Positions 18,130 through 26,505 of a stretch of 36,507 nucleotides of DNA are shown piece by piece. Every line of letters begins with the position of its first letter. Position 1 is the stretch's first letter. Both the position numbers and the translations under genes were made by a program. The stretch comes from a virus (taxonomy: Duplodnaviria > Heunggongvirae > Uroviricota > Caudoviricetes): the IMG/VR virus record IMGVR_UViG_2563366882_000002; one strand, 5' to 3'. Under the pieces are notes generated by a model. That model had not been told where the DNA came from, did not search any database, and worked only from the letters and a program-made list of their open reading frames with translations.

Positions 18130-18345
18130 ATGACGCTTGAGCGAATCAGCGCCTTTATCACGTATTGCATCGCCGTCGTGCTGGCCTGGCTGGGCGATTT
18201 GTCCATCAAGGATGCCTCAACGCTGGGCGGCCTGATGATTGGTGTGCTGATGCTGGCTATCAACTGGTACTACAAACACAAAGCCTACCAGCTTCTGCGC
18301 GACGGGCAGATCTCGCGGGAGGACTATGAATCCATCAATCGTTAA
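18130..18345 (+). CDS. holin (small two-TMD, pinholin-like)
   Basis: 71 aa, two hydrophobic segments, charged C-terminus, directly before the endolysin. Confidence 0.7.
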   Translation: MTLERISAFITYCIAVVLAWLGDLSIKDASTLGGLMIGVLMLAINWYYKHKAYQLLRDGQISREDYESINR

Positions 18346-18838
18346 ACGCTGCCTTGTCGGGGCCGTGCTGGCTATTGCTGCCACGCTGCCGGGTTTTCAG
18401 CAGCTTCACACCTCCGTGGAGGGGCTGAAACTGATTGCCGATTACGAAGGCTGTCGTCTGCAGCCGTATCAGTGCAGCGCGGGTGTCTGGACCGACGGCA
18501 TTGGTAATACATCGGGCGTCATTCCCGGCAAAACAATCACGGAACGACAGGCAGCAGAAGGGCTGATCTCCAACGTGCTGCGTGTGGAGCGGGCACTGGA
18601 AAGGTGTGTGAAGCAACAGCCACCACAGAAGGTGTATGACGCTACGGTGTCGTTTGCCTTCAACGTGGGGACGGGCAATGCCTGTAGTTCCACGCTGGTG
18701 AAATTGCTCAATCAGCGGCGCTGGGCGGATGCGTGCCGACAGTTGCCGCGCTGGGTTTATGTAAAAGGTGTGTTTAATCAGGGGCTGGATAACCGCCGTG
18801 CGCGGGAGATGGCCTGGTGTTTACAGGGAGCAAACTGA
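18326..18838 (+). CDS. endolysin, lysozyme-type with N-terminal signal-anchor (SAR) segment
   Basis: hydrophobic LVGAVLAIAATL near N-terminus; lysozyme-like EG...YEGCRLQPYQ...GVWTDGIGNT. Confidence 0.75.
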   Translation: MNPSIVKRCLVGAVLAIAATLPGFQQLHTSVEGLKLIADYEGCRLQPYQCSAGVWTDGIGNTSGVIPGKTITERQAAEGLISNVLRVERALERCVKQQPPQKVYDATVSFAFNVGTGNACSSTLVKLLNQRRWADACRQLPRWVYVKGVFNQGLDNRRAREMAWCLQGAN

Positions 18839-18839
18839 A

Positions 18840-19217
18840 ATGAAAAAGAAATTAATCAGCGGGCTGTTTCTGATGTTATGGATGGCGCTGTTAATCGCAG
18901 CAATGGTGTATCCGCAAGGGATCTTTCCGGTACTGGCAGCGTCCGGCGTTTGGGTAGCCTGTTTGCTGACATGGGCGGTAATTCCGGTAGCACTGGCTGC
19001 GTTAATTCAGAATGGCCCGCTCTGGCAGGAGTTAAGGGCATCTTTGCTGAAGACAATTACCCGAAAAGAAAACGTATTTATCTGTTGGGTGATGCGATTG
19101 CTGATTGTTGTAAGTCTCGCATGGACGGGGTGGGCTATTACCCTGGTCTTTTATCTACTGACCGTTATTGCCTTCTGGATCACCCGTAATCAGATGGCGC
19201 AACAGGTAGCAGCATGA
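18840..19217 (+). CDS. membrane protein in lysis cassette (LysA-like)
   Basis: about 125 aa from MKKKL with several hydrophobic helices. Confidence 0.5.
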   Translation: MKKKLISGLFLMLWMALLIAAMVYPQGIFPVLAASGVWVACLLTWAVIPVALAALIQNGPLWQELRASLLKTITRKENVFICWVMRLLIVVSLAWTGWAITLVFYLLTVIAFWITRNQMAQQVAA

Positions 19218-19642
19218 ACCGGTTGCTGCTGGTTGTGCTGGCGTTATTACTGGCGGCGCTGGGCTGGCAGACGTGGCGGCTGGCTGATGCCAGCCAGACC
19301 ATCAGCACGCAGGCAAACGAGCTGCAGAGCAAAAGCCAGGCACTGGCAAAGAGCAACAGCCAGCTTATCAGCCTGTCCATTCTGACTGAAACCAATAACC
19401 GGGAGCAGGCGCGGCTCTATGCCGAAGCAGAACAGACCAGCGCACAGCTGAGACAACGACAACGCCGGATCGAGGAACTGAAACGTGAGAACGAGGATTT
19501 ACGCCACTGGGCTGGTACTCCTTTGCCTGCTGACATTATCCGGCTGCGGGAACGTCCGGCACTCACCGGAGGTGCAGCTTACCGTCAGTGGTTGTCCGCG
19601 AGTGACGCCGTGTCGGCTGGAGCAGGCAGCACCGCGCACTAA
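19214..19642 (+). CDS. LysB, Rz-like inner-membrane spanin
   Basis: N-terminal TMD then coiled-coil-like Q/E/R-rich periplasmic domain. Confidence 0.6.
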   Translation: MNRLLLVVLALLLAALGWQTWRLADASQTISTQANELQSKSQALAKSNSQLISLSILTETNNREQARLYAEAEQTSAQLRQRQRRIEELKRENEDLRHWAGTPLPADIIRLRERPALTGGAAYRQWLSASDAVSAGAGSTAH

Positions 19643-19775
19643 CGGTGATCTGAATGCGTTGCTGGATGAAACGGAGGCCGCCTGGGCGGTCTGTGCAGAC
19701 AAAGTGGACATGATTATTGCGTGTCAGGAGCGAAACAGTGAACAAACCACAATCCCTGCGCCACGCCCTCAATAA
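19485..19775 (+). CDS. LysC, Rz1-like outer-membrane lipoprotein spanin
   Basis: lipobox LTLSGCG; overlaps the 3' part of LysB out of frame. Confidence 0.55.
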   Translation: MRTRIYATGLVLLCLLTLSGCGNVRHSPEVQLTVSGCPRVTPCRLEQAAPRTNGDLNALLDETEAAWAVCADKVDMIIACQERNSEQTTIPAPRPQ

Positions 19776-20169
19776 AGCGGTGCCTTATGTCCGCAATAAC
19801 CCGGACAAACTGCATCTGTTTGTGGATAACGGTTCGCTGGTTGCCACGGGGGCCAGCTCCATGTCATGGGAGTACCATTATACCCTCAACGTGGTGATTG
19901 AGGATTTCAGCGGCGACCAGAATCTGCTGATGGCCCCGGTTTTGCTGTGGCTGAGGGATAACCAGCCCGATGCCATCAATAACCCGGCGTTACGGGAAAA
20001 GCTATTCACCTTTGAGGTGGATATTCTGCGCAACGATGTCTGTGATATCAGCCTGAACCTGCAACTGACGGAACGTGTGCTGGTCAGCACTGACGGCAGT
20101 GTGTCGAGCGTTGAAGCTATAGCGGAACCTGATGCACCTGAAGAAATGTGGACGGTGAAACGTGGCTGA
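19738..20169 (+). CDS. R: tail completion protein R
   Basis: proposed GTG start 19738 after AGGAG; synteny. Confidence 0.55.
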   Translation: MNKPQSLRHALNKAVPYVRNNPDKLHLFVDNGSLVATGASSMSWEYHYTLNVVIEDFSGDQNLLMAPVLLWLRDNQPDAINNPALREKLFTFEVDILRNDVCDISLNLQLTERVLVSTDGSVSSVEAIAEPDAPEEMWTVKRG

Positions 20170-20608
20170 ACTGCAGAAGGTGGACGACTGGCTGAGTGCC
20201 TTGCTGGCGAATCTGGAACCAGCCTCGAGAAGCCGCATGATGCGCCAGCTGGCGCAGGAACTTCGCCGGACACAGCAGCAGAATATCAGGATGCAGCGCA
20301 ACCCTGACGGCAGCAGCTATGAACCGCGACGGGTAACAGCACGCAGTAAAAAAGGCCGTATCAAACGTCAGATGTTTGCAAAGCTGCGCACCACAAAATA
20401 CCTGAAAACTGCCGCCAGCACCGACTCTGCCAGCGTGCAGTTTGAAGGCAAGGTGCAGCGCATTGCCCGCGTTCACCATTACGGCCTGCGAGATCGCGTC
20501 AGTCGTAAGGGACCGGAGGTGCGTTACGCAGAGCGTCGCCTTCTGGGTGTAAATGATGATGTTGAGGCAATGACCCGCGACATGATTCTGCAATGGCTGG
20601 CGGGGTGA
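20162..20608 (+). CDS. S: tail completion protein S
   Basis: 148 aa vs P2 S about 150. Confidence 0.65.
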   Translation: MAELQKVDDWLSALLANLEPASRSRMMRQLAQELRRTQQQNIRMQRNPDGSSYEPRRVTARSKKGRIKRQMFAKLRTTKYLKTAASTDSASVQFEGKVQRIARVHHYGLRDRVSRKGPEVRYAERRLLGVNDDVEAMTRDMILQWLAG

Positions 20609-20612
20609 TCTT

Positions 20613-20630
20613 TGTATCAGCACTGATACA
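20613..20630. promoter_or_regulatory. Ogr-type late promoter element TGT-N12-ACA upstream of V
   Basis: TGTatcagcactgatACA in the S/V gap. Confidence 0.5.
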
Positions 20631-20676
20631 AGTTGCAGCACTGCCGCCTTTCTTCCCCTGATGGCAACCTTTCCCT

Positions 20677-21255
20677 ATGAACGCACAATTAACCGAAATC
20701 ATGCGCCTTATCACCAACCTGATCCGCACAGGGGTAGTCACCGAAGTGGATAGGGAAAACTGGCTTTGCCGGGTGAAAACGGGCGAGCTTGAAACCAACT
20801 GGATCAGCTGGCTGACGCTGCGTGCCGGGAATGCCCGTACATGGTGGCGACCATCGGAAGGTGAGCAGGTGGTGCTGCTGAGTCTGGGCGGCAATCTGGA
20901 AACCGCCTTTGCGCTGCCCGCTGTCTATTCGAATCAGTTCGCACCACCGTCGACGTCGGCGGATGCCTGCGTGACAGAACATCCTGACGGTGGCTGGTTT
21001 GAATACGAACCCGCCACCGGGCGCTGGTATGTCAGGGGCATCAAATCAATGGTCATTGAGGCTGCTGACAACATCACCATGAAAACCAGTGAGTTTGTAC
21101 TGGAGGCTGACCGCACGCGCATTAACAGCGAAGTGGTGATCAATGGTGGCGTTACCCAGGGCGGCGGAGCGATGAGTTCTAACGGGATCGTGGTTGATGC
21201 GCATCAGCATACTGGCGTCCTGAAAGGCGGCGATACAACCGGAGGCCCGGTATGA
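20677..21255 (+). CDS. V: baseplate assembly/spike protein V
   Basis: 192 aa; synteny. Confidence 0.75.
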   Translation: MNAQLTEIMRLITNLIRTGVVTEVDRENWLCRVKTGELETNWISWLTLRAGNARTWWRPSEGEQVVLLSLGGNLETAFALPAVYSNQFAPPSTSADACVTEHPDGGWFEYEPATGRWYVRGIKSMVIEAADNITMKTSEFVLEADRTRINSEVVINGGVTQGGGAMSSNGIVVDAHQHTGVLKGGDTTGGPV

Positions 21256-21611
21256 CGCTTTATAGCGGGATGAACAATACCAGCGGCAAAGTCATTACTG
21301 ATATTGATCATCTGCGCCAGTCGGTGCGGGACATTCTGCTGACACCGCAGGGTAGCCGTATTGCCCGCCGGGAATATGGTTCCCTGCTGTCTGCACTGAT
21401 AGATCAGCCACAAAATCCGGCATTACGCCTGCAGGTCATGTCGGCTGTGTATGTTGCACTGAGTCGCTGGGAGCCACGGCTGACGCTGGATTCCATCACT
21501 ATTAACAGCAATTTTGACGGTTCAATGGTGGTGGAGCTGACCGGACGGCGGAATAACGGTGTGCCTGTGTCCCTTTCAGTATCAACAGGAGCAGAGAATG
21601 GCAGTGATTGA
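21252..21611 (+). CDS. W: baseplate protein W
   Basis: 119 aa vs P2 W about 115. Confidence 0.75.
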   Translation: MTLYSGMNNTSGKVITDIDHLRQSVRDILLTPQGSRIARREYGSLLSALIDQPQNPALRLQVMSAVYVALSRWEPRLTLDSITINSNFDGSMVVELTGRRNNGVPVSLSVSTGAENGSD

Positions 21612-22506
21612 CCTTTCGCAGTTGCCTGCACCGCAGATTGTGGATGTGCCGGACTTTGAGACGCTGCTTGCCGAACGCAAGGCAGAATTTGTGGCGCTTC
21701 ATCCGAAAGATGAGCAGGAAGCAGTGATCCGCACGCTGGAACTGGAATCTGAACCCGTCACCAAATTGTTGCAGGAGAACGCTTACCGTGAGTTGCTTCT
21801 GCGCCAGCGCATTAATGAAGCCGCGCAGGCGGTAATGGTGGCTTACGCGATGGGCGGCGATCTTGACCAGATCGCTGCCAACTACAACGTGAAACGCCTG
21901 ACGGTGACGCCTGCTGATAATGACGCTGTGCCGCCCGTGGCAGCAGTGATGGAAAGCGATGAAGCGTTACGCCTGCGTGTGCCTGCAGCCTTTGAGGGGC
22001 TTTCAGTTGCGGGGCCAACTGCAGCTTATGAATTTCATGCCCGAAGCGCCGACGGTCGGGTGGCGGATGCCAGTGCAACCAGCCCGGCACCTGCAGAGGT
22101 GGTGCTGACTGTCCTTAGCCGCGAAGGCGATGGAACTGCAGAAAAAGACCTGCTGGACGTGGTGGAAAAAGCTCTGAACAGTGAGAACGTCCGCCCGGTG
22201 GCTGACCGTCTGACGGTTCGCAGCGCAGAAATCATCCCGTATCGCGTGGAAGCCACCATTTTTCTCTATCCGGGACCGGAAGCAGAGCCGGTAATGGCAG
22301 CGGCAAAAGCCAGCCTGCAGAAGTACATCGCCAGTCAGACGCGTCTTGGTCGGGATATTCGCCGTAGCGCCATCTTTGCCGCCCTGCATGTTGAGGGTGT
22401 GCAGCGTGTGGAGCTGGCTTCTCCTCTGGCGGATGTGGTCCTGAACAAAACACAGGCGGCATCATGTACGCAGTGGAGCGTAACCAACGGAGGAACGGAT
22501 GAATAG
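21598..22506 (+). CDS. J: baseplate protein J
   Basis: 302 aa from MAVIDLS, identical length to P2 J; CAGGAG RBS. Confidence 0.8.
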   Translation: MAVIDLSQLPAPQIVDVPDFETLLAERKAEFVALHPKDEQEAVIRTLELESEPVTKLLQENAYRELLLRQRINEAAQAVMVAYAMGGDLDQIAANYNVKRLTVTPADNDAVPPVAAVMESDEALRLRVPAAFEGLSVAGPTAAYEFHARSADGRVADASATSPAPAEVVLTVLSREGDGTAEKDLLDVVEKALNSENVRPVADRLTVRSAEIIPYRVEATIFLYPGPEAEPVMAAAKASLQKYIASQTRLGRDIRRSAIFAALHVEGVQRVELASPLADVVLNKTQAASCTQWSVTNGGTDE

Positions 22507-23104
22507 TCTGCTGCCACCGGGTTCAACTTCACTGGAGCGCCGACTGGCGCAAACCTGTAGCGGGATTTCTGATCTGCAGGTGCCGCTGCGTGACTTGTGG
22601 AGTCCGGCTACCTGTCCGGTCAGCTTCCTGCCTTATCTCGCCTGGGCGTTCTCTGTGGATCGCTGGGACGAGGGCTGGACAGAAAGCGTCAAACGCCAGG
22701 TAGTGAAGGATGCTTTTTATATTCATCAGCATAAAGGAACCACCAGTGCCGTGCGGCGGGTGGTGGAACCGTTCGGATTCCTGATCCGCATTATTGAGTG
22801 GTGGCAGACCGGAGAAACACCGGGCACGTTTCGCCTGGATATCGGCGTGCAGGACCAGGGCATCACTGAAGATACCTATCTGGAACTTGAGCGGCTGATA
22901 AGCGATGCCAAACCATGTAGCCGTCACATGATCGGCATGTCCATCAATCTGCAGACCAGCGGTCCGCATTGGGTGGGGGCCGCCAGCTATCTTGGCGAAG
23001 AAATCACGATCTATCCGTATATCAACGAAACAATTATTTCTGGCGGCACCGCGCATGAAGGCGGGGCGGTCCATGTTATTGACACAATGAGAGTGAATCC
23101 ATGA
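22499..23104 (+). CDS. I: baseplate protein I
   Basis: 201 aa; synteny. Confidence 0.75.
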   Translation: MNSLLPPGSTSLERRLAQTCSGISDLQVPLRDLWSPATCPVSFLPYLAWAFSVDRWDEGWTESVKRQVVKDAFYIHQHKGTTSAVRRVVEPFGFLIRIIEWWQTGETPGTFRLDIGVQDQGITEDTYLELERLISDAKPCSRHMIGMSINLQTSGPHWVGAASYLGEEITIYPYINETIISGGTAHEGGAVHVIDTMRVNP

Positions 23105-24237
23105 GCACAAAATTTTATACCCTGCTGACGGATATTGGCGCGGCGAAACTTGCCAGCGCCGCCGCGCTCGGTGTGCCGCTAAAAATTACCCATATGGCGG
23201 TCGGCGATGGCGGCGGAGTATTGCCAACGCCAGACTCAAAGCAGACTGCACTGGTAAATGAGAAACGCCGGGCTGCGCTGAATATGCTCTATATCGACCC
23301 GCAGAACAGCAGCCAGATTATTGCCGAACAGGTGATCCCTGAAAACGAGGGCGGTTGGTGGATACGTGAAGTGGGCTTGTTTGATGAGTCCGGGGCATTG
23401 ATTGCCGTGGGCAACTGCCCGGAAAGCTATAAGCCGCAACTGGCTGAAGGTAGCGGGCGCACTCAGACCGTGCGCATGGTGCTGATTACCAGCAGCACGG
23501 ACAATATCACCCTGAAAATCGACCCTGCCGTAGTGCTGGCAACCCGCAAGTATGTGGATGACAAGGCACTGGAGCTGAAGGTGTACGCGGATGATCAGAT
23601 GGCAAAACATCTTGCCGCACCGGACCCGCATTCACAGTATGCACCCAAAGAAAGTCCGACGTTTACCGGGACACCCAAAGCGCCAACGCCAGCCGCAGGG
23701 AATAACACCACGCAGATTGCGACCACCGCGTTTGTTCAGGCGGCTCTGACGGCTCTTATTAATGGTGCGCCAGCCACGCTGGACACGCTGAAAGAAATAG
23801 CCGCAGCCATTAACAATGATCCGAAATTCAGTACCACCATTAACAATGCGCTGGCACTGAAAGCGCCGCTGTCGAGTCCGGCACTCACCGGAACGCCAAC
23901 CGCACCTACTGCGGCACAGTCGGTCAACAATACACAGATTGCCACCACGGCATTTGTGAAATCGGCGATTGCGGCAATGGTGGGTTCTGCACCTGCGGCA
24001 CTGGATACACTGAACGAACTGGCGGCAGCGCTGGGGAATGACCCGAACTTTGCCACGACAATGCTTAATGCGCTGGCAGGTAAACAACCGCTGGACAATA
24101 CGCTGACTAATTTGAGTGGAAAGGATGTAGCTGGTCTTCTCACATACCTTGGTTTGGGAGAAGCGGCAAAACGGGATGTGGGAACAGGGGAAAATCAGAT
24201 ACCGGATATGGCTTCTTTTGCCAGTGGTGATGCATGA
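23101..24237 (+). CDS. H: tail fibre protein H, constant part plus first 21 codons of the invertible segment, ending at an in-frame TGA
   Basis: 378-aa ORF with repeated NNTQIATTAFV tail-fibre-like motifs; P2 H position. Confidence 0.75.
   Translation: MSTKFYTLLTDIGAAKLASAAALGVPLKITHMAVGDGGGVLPTPDSKQTALVNEKRRAALNMLYIDPQNSSQIIAEQVIPENEGGWWIREVGLFDESGALIAVGNCPESYKPQLAEGSGRTQTVRMVLITSSTDNITLKIDPAVVLATRKYVDDKALELKVYADDQMAKHLAAPDPHSQYAPKESPTFTGTPKAPTPAAGNNTTQIATTAFVQAALTALINGAPATLDTLKEIAAAINNDPKFSTTINNALALKAPLSSPALTGTPTAPTAAQSVNNTQIATTAFVKSAIAAMVGSAPAALDTLNELAAALGNDPNFATTMLNALAGKQPLDNTLTNLSGKDVAGLLTYLGLGEAAKRDVGTGENQIPDMASFASGDA
24137..24162. other. left recombination site of invertible segment (gix/hix-like)
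   Basis: TTCTCACATACC-TT-GGTTTGGGAGAA, two 12-bp imperfectly inverted half-sites around a 2-bp core, resembling hixL. Confidence 0.55.
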
Positions 24238-24498
24238 ACGGGTTTTCCCAAAGGTCCTATACGGCAGTATGGTCGGGGGGCTGTTACGCGGAGATTATCG
24301 AAGCAAACGATGAGTTATCCAGTAACCATCCCATTTCCTACACTTGTGGACTGGGCCGTGCTAACTACAACTGGTGTTGGTGGTGTAATTGTAAGGGGTG
24401 TGCCGGACTTTGCTATGACCAGCAAATCACAATTATATACCAGTGTTAGCTGCGTATACAGAGCTGAAACAGTCAGATACGCAGTGTCGAGTTATTAG
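24238..24498 (+). other. in-frame continuation of H variable domain (Hv) beyond the opal stop
   Basis: same frame as H, 87 codons to TAG 24496..24498; translation aligns with the opposite-orientation Hv'. Confidence 0.45.
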
Positions 24499-24581
24499 GT
24501 TGCGTGCGGTGTTTGTGTATAACTTTGATTTGGTTCATTTAATCGAACAAAGATGTTTACTGTGCAGGTCTAAACGCTGAT

Positions 24582-24779
24582 ATGCCTGTTGACATTGTTG
24601 AGAAAAGTAAATCCTTGGACTGGGAATTATTAGACGGACAGCAGGTAGGGGGTAAAATTATCAGGTCATTTATAACTGGACCACCAGTAGGAAAAACTCG
24701 GATTACCGATGATGACGGGCGTCCTGCGAGGGCGGGTATGCATTTACCTACGCATGACGAGAATATCAAAATTGATTGA
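24582..24779 (+). CDS. small protein paired with Hv (possible fibre assembly/chaperone, U-like position)
   Basis: 65 aa; shares P.DIVE...II.SF..G.PV.K.R.IDDDGR with the minus-strand ORF at 25147..25335. Confidence 0.4.
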   Translation: MPVDIVEKSKSLDWELLDGQQVGGKIIRSFITGPPVGKTRITDDDGRPARAGMHLPTHDENIKID

Positions 24780-24877
24780 TGGGAGAAACAACTGCTAGTT
24801 AATATGACCAACACAGACATGGAAAGACTGCCATGCTCCGGGAAAGCGAATAAAGATCGTCTAGCAGTCGAGACACT

Positions 24878-25000
24878 GGCGGATCATGAGTTTAGGCTGG
24901 ATGATCTAGACACAGTGTAGCTGGTTGATTATTTCGGTCCCCGAGAGAATCGACGGGCTACGCCTTCGCCAACTAAGGCAAGCAAAACTCATGATCCGCC
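24878..25000. repeat. perfect 16-bp inverted repeat (ggcggatcatgagttt / aaactcatgatccgcc) around a 91-bp spacer
   Basis: exact reverse complements at 24878..24893 and 24985..25000, between the two convergent small ORFs. Confidence 0.6.
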
Positions 25001-25146
25001 GATTCCTCGCCTGTCAGTCCTCCTATTGCCTATTTACTCGAGCCATATTTTTTTTTCATGTATGTGTTAGCCTGATCAATTAGTATTAGTCTCTCCCATT
25101 AGGCAATTTTGATAAGCTCTGCATGCGTAAGTGACTGCATTTGCGC

Positions 25147-25335
25147 CTACTCAGCCCGCCCGTCATCATCGATCGTCCGGGATTTCCGTACTGGCAGACC
25201 ATCTTCAAATGAACTGATTATATTACGACCCTCCTCCTGTGCAGCTAATAAATCCTTGCACACTTCTTTACATATCTCAACAATGTCAGCAGGGAAGACA
25301 GTATTAATCCTTGCGATGTAAACATATTTAGTCAT
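25147..25335 (-). CDS. small protein paired with Hv' (paralog of 24582..24779)
   Basis: about 63 aa from MTKYVY; C-terminus ...RKSRTIDDDGRAE paralogous to the plus-strand small ORF. Confidence 0.4.
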   Translation of the reverse strand: MTKYVYIARINTVFPADIVEICKEVCKDLLAAQEEGRNIISSFEDGLPVRKSRTIDDDGRAE

Positions 25336-25439
25336 ATAAGAGAACCTGATTAAAGATACTCCCATACAGCCCTCGAACTGTAATTCATGGATCTTTCGTA
25401 TTTGATTATTGCTCTCCTGGAAGCGGAGCCAACAATGAT

Positions 25440-25727
25440 TTATATCTGGCATTTGGCGATCTTCACGAATTCCCCTACACCCCCTGCAAACATACCAGCC
25501 TCAGACGTTGTATGAGGCATGGCCCACTCCACTTGTGAAGGATTTGGGAATGTTACTGTGATAGTCACTGTATGGGTTGATGATGTCGGCGCAATCCCCC
25601 CCCGAATAATCTGCCCGATTGTACGTTTGTGAAATCCCGTCGATCCAAGACCACTGGCAAATGCCGCCATATCCGGAATTTGGTTTTGCCCGTTACCTAC
25701 ATTCCGTTTTGCCGCTTCTCCCAAACC
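25440..25727 (-). CDS. alternative tail-fibre C-terminal segment Hv', joined to H constant part after inversion
   Basis: encodes GLGEAAKRNVGNGQNQIPDMAAFASG... homologous to the current H end, open to stop at 25440. Confidence 0.5.
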   Translation of the reverse strand, partial: GLGEAAKRNVGNGQNQIPDMAAFASGLGSTGFHKRTIGQIIRGGIAPTSSTHTVTITVTFPNPSQVEWAMPHTTSEAGMFAGGVGEFVKIAKCQI

Positions 25728-25741
25728 AACGTTTATGAAAA
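25716..25741. other. right recombination site of invertible segment (gix/hix-like)
   Basis: TTCTCCCAAACC-AA-CGTTTATGAAAA; inner half-site identical (as inverted repeat) to that of the left site. Confidence 0.55.
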
Positions 25742-25796
25742 TGCAGAGATAATGGCTAACTGGCATCATCCCCGGTTTTTATTCAGGGGATTGATC

Positions 25797-26363
25797 ATGC
25801 TTATTGGCTATGTACGCGTGTCAACAAATGACCAGAACACCGATTTGCAACGTAATGCACTGAACTGCGCGGGATGTGAGCGGATTTTTGAGGACAAAAT
25901 CAGTGGTACTAAGTCCGACAGACCGGGGCTTAAAAAACTGCTCAGGACACTATCGGCAGGTGACACACTGGTTGTCTGGAAGCTGGACAGGTTGGGGCGC
26001 AGTATGCGGCATCTTGTTACTCTGATAGAAGAGTTGCGCCAGCGCGGCGTGAATTTCAGAAGTCTGACTGACAGTATTGATACCAGTACCCCAATGGGCC
26101 GTTTCTTTTTTCATGTCATGGGTGCCCTGGCTGAAATGGAACGCGAACTGATAGTTGAACGTACCAGGGCAGGGCTGGCTGCAGCTCGTGCTAAAGGCAG
26201 AGTAGGTGGACGCCGTCCTAAGTTGACTACCGAACAGTGGGCACAGATTGGACGTTTACTCGAGGCCGGAGAATCAAGACAGCGTATTGCACTGATTTTT
26301 GATGTGGGCGTTTCTACCATTTATAGAAAATTTCCGGCGAATGAGAACAATGAATCGCCCTGA
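25797..26363 (+). CDS. serine DNA invertase, Hin/Gin/Pin family
   Basis: 188 aa from MLIGYVRVSTNDQ (catalytic Ser motif); C-terminal HTH-like region; start after AGGGGA RBS. Confidence 0.85.
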   Translation: MLIGYVRVSTNDQNTDLQRNALNCAGCERIFEDKISGTKSDRPGLKKLLRTLSAGDTLVVWKLDRLGRSMRHLVTLIEELRQRGVNFRSLTDSIDTSTPMGRFFFHVMGALAEMERELIVERTRAGLAAARAKGRVGGRRPKLTTEQWAQIGRLLEAGESRQRIALIFDVGVSTIYRKFPANENNESP

Positions 26364-26411
26364 GTCAGCATTATTTTGATTTTTCCTGTAAGCGGACAAA
26401 TACCGTTATTT

Positions 26412-26429
26412 TGTGTGAATAACGACACA
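26412..26429. promoter_or_regulatory. Ogr-type late promoter element TGT-N12-ACA upstream of FI
   Basis: TGTgtgaataacgacACA about 80 bp upstream of FI. Confidence 0.5.
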
Positions 26430-26505
26430 ACTGCGCTTAGCTGTTTGTCAGGCACAATCACTTCAACATAGGGCGAAGCCTAATCCAATCAGGAGGTTCG
26501 CCACT

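Larger units (their letters stand above)
24151..25727. other. invertible tail-fibre segment (Mu G-segment-like)
   Basis: 26-bp perfect inverted repeats (24149..24174 and 25704..25729) followed inward by diverged homologous coding sequence in opposite orientations; serine invertase gene adjacent. Confidence 0.65.

Noticed and set aside
24234-24449. 71-aa W/C-rich ORF starting at the H stop codon
   Set aside because: Out-of-frame reading of the H variable domain; the in-frame continuation 24238..24498 is the one that aligns with Hv'.
25048-25056. T9 homopolymer inside the invertible segment
   Set aside because: Not within any supported ORF; possibly part of a promoter or terminator, no evidence for slipped-strand switching.
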